In this document: positions 63,605-64,000 of the stretch, piece after piece
How the letters are laid out: every line of letters begins with the position of its first letter
How positions within the stretch are numbered: the stretch's first letter is position 1
Virus record (IMG/VR): IMGVR_UViG_3300017605_000956
Span: 14,479-78,478 of that record
Direction: 5' to 3' (one strand)
Length of the DNA: 64,000 nt
From: a virus
Translations under genes and position numbers: made by a program
The notes under the pieces: generated by a model
Seen by the model: only the letters and a program-made list of their open reading frames with translations
What the model was told of the DNA's origin: nothing
The model's database searches: none

Positions 63605-64000
63605 TCAAGGTTCTCTACGGCGCCCTGAAGTACCCCCAGCTCTCCGAGACCTACGTCACCGCCGATGTCGCCTTCATGCTCCGCACCGGGGTCGACGTGA
63701 GGGTCTGGAGCCCGATGGTCCGGACGAGCGAGGGGGAGAACCAGGTCCCGATCTACCGGGAAGGCCTTCTGGACGCCGTTCGCGCCTTCAACCCCGACAT
63801 CATCCACGTCCACCACATGACCTCGGCCCTCACGGTGTCGCGCTCGCTCGAGGGGATGAAGATCCCGATGACCGTGCGCGCCCACTCGTTCGAGTTCACC
63901 GACTCGATCGTAGCTCAGACCCTCGCGATCCCGCAGCTCGAGCGGCTCTACCTGTTCCCCCACCTGGCGCGTCTCGTGAACCACCCCAAGGTCGTCGCGC
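63601..64000 (+). CDS. GT4-like glycosyltransferase, 3'-truncated
   Basis: YPQLSETYV N-terminal motif, PDIIHVHH; open to the window end. Confidence 0.7.
   Translation, partial: MIKVLYGALKYPQLSETYVTADVAFMLRTGVDVRVWSPMVRTSEGENQVPIYREGLLDAVRAFNPDIIHVHHMTSALTVSRSLEGMKIPMTVRAHSFEFTDSIVAQTLAIPQLERLYLFPHLARLVNHPKVVA

Noticed and set aside
1-64000. tRNA, rRNA, IS elements, att sites, stop-codon reassignment
   Set aside because: No cloverleaf, transposase or junction recognised by eye; TAG, TGA and TAA all end genes cleanly. tRNAscan-SE was not run.

Overview
High-GC, densely packed, almost entirely plus-strand viral or phage-plasmid-like element. I found no rRNA, tRNA or CRISPR array. The window falls into two blocks. 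(i) About 4.8-41 kb is a G-rich early/middle block: MoxR AAA+ ATPase with a VWA/metallopeptidase partner, XRE HTH, WGR, a Cas4/RecB-like nuclease + Sak4-like ATPase + DUF669 SSB recombination trio, ParB, DUF3987-like helicase, NYN nuclease, RNase HI, C5 and N4/N6 DNA methyltransferases, and dozens of small or Zn-finger ORFs. (ii) About 42.9-64 kb plus 0-4.1 kb is a C-rich structural-looking block: transglutaminase-like Cys protease, three 170-200 aa beta-rich capsid candidates, spike-like proteins (Calx-beta/beta-propeller; beta-helix), membrane proteins, tiny basic peptides, glycosyltransferases, a Dam-like MTase and a short tyrosine recombinase. No terminase, portal, HK97 capsid or tail genes are recognisable, which suggests a tailless, membrane-containing virus (inference). 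The most striking unexplained signals are: (1) a shared short motif (..hhAExxLT), mostly C-terminal, in about 16 mostly unrelated early proteins downstream of the MoxR/VWA pair; (2) a candidate protease-maturation system made of the Cys protease plus structural precursors punctuated by hydrophobic-(x)-Gly sites, including a polyprotein-like 19-aa repeat protein and a hidden amphipathic helix; (3) a family of perfect DNA hairpins with C-GNA-G triloops; (4) clustered TGCA-NN-TGCA boxes. All family assignments come from motif recognition by eye; no database search was run.
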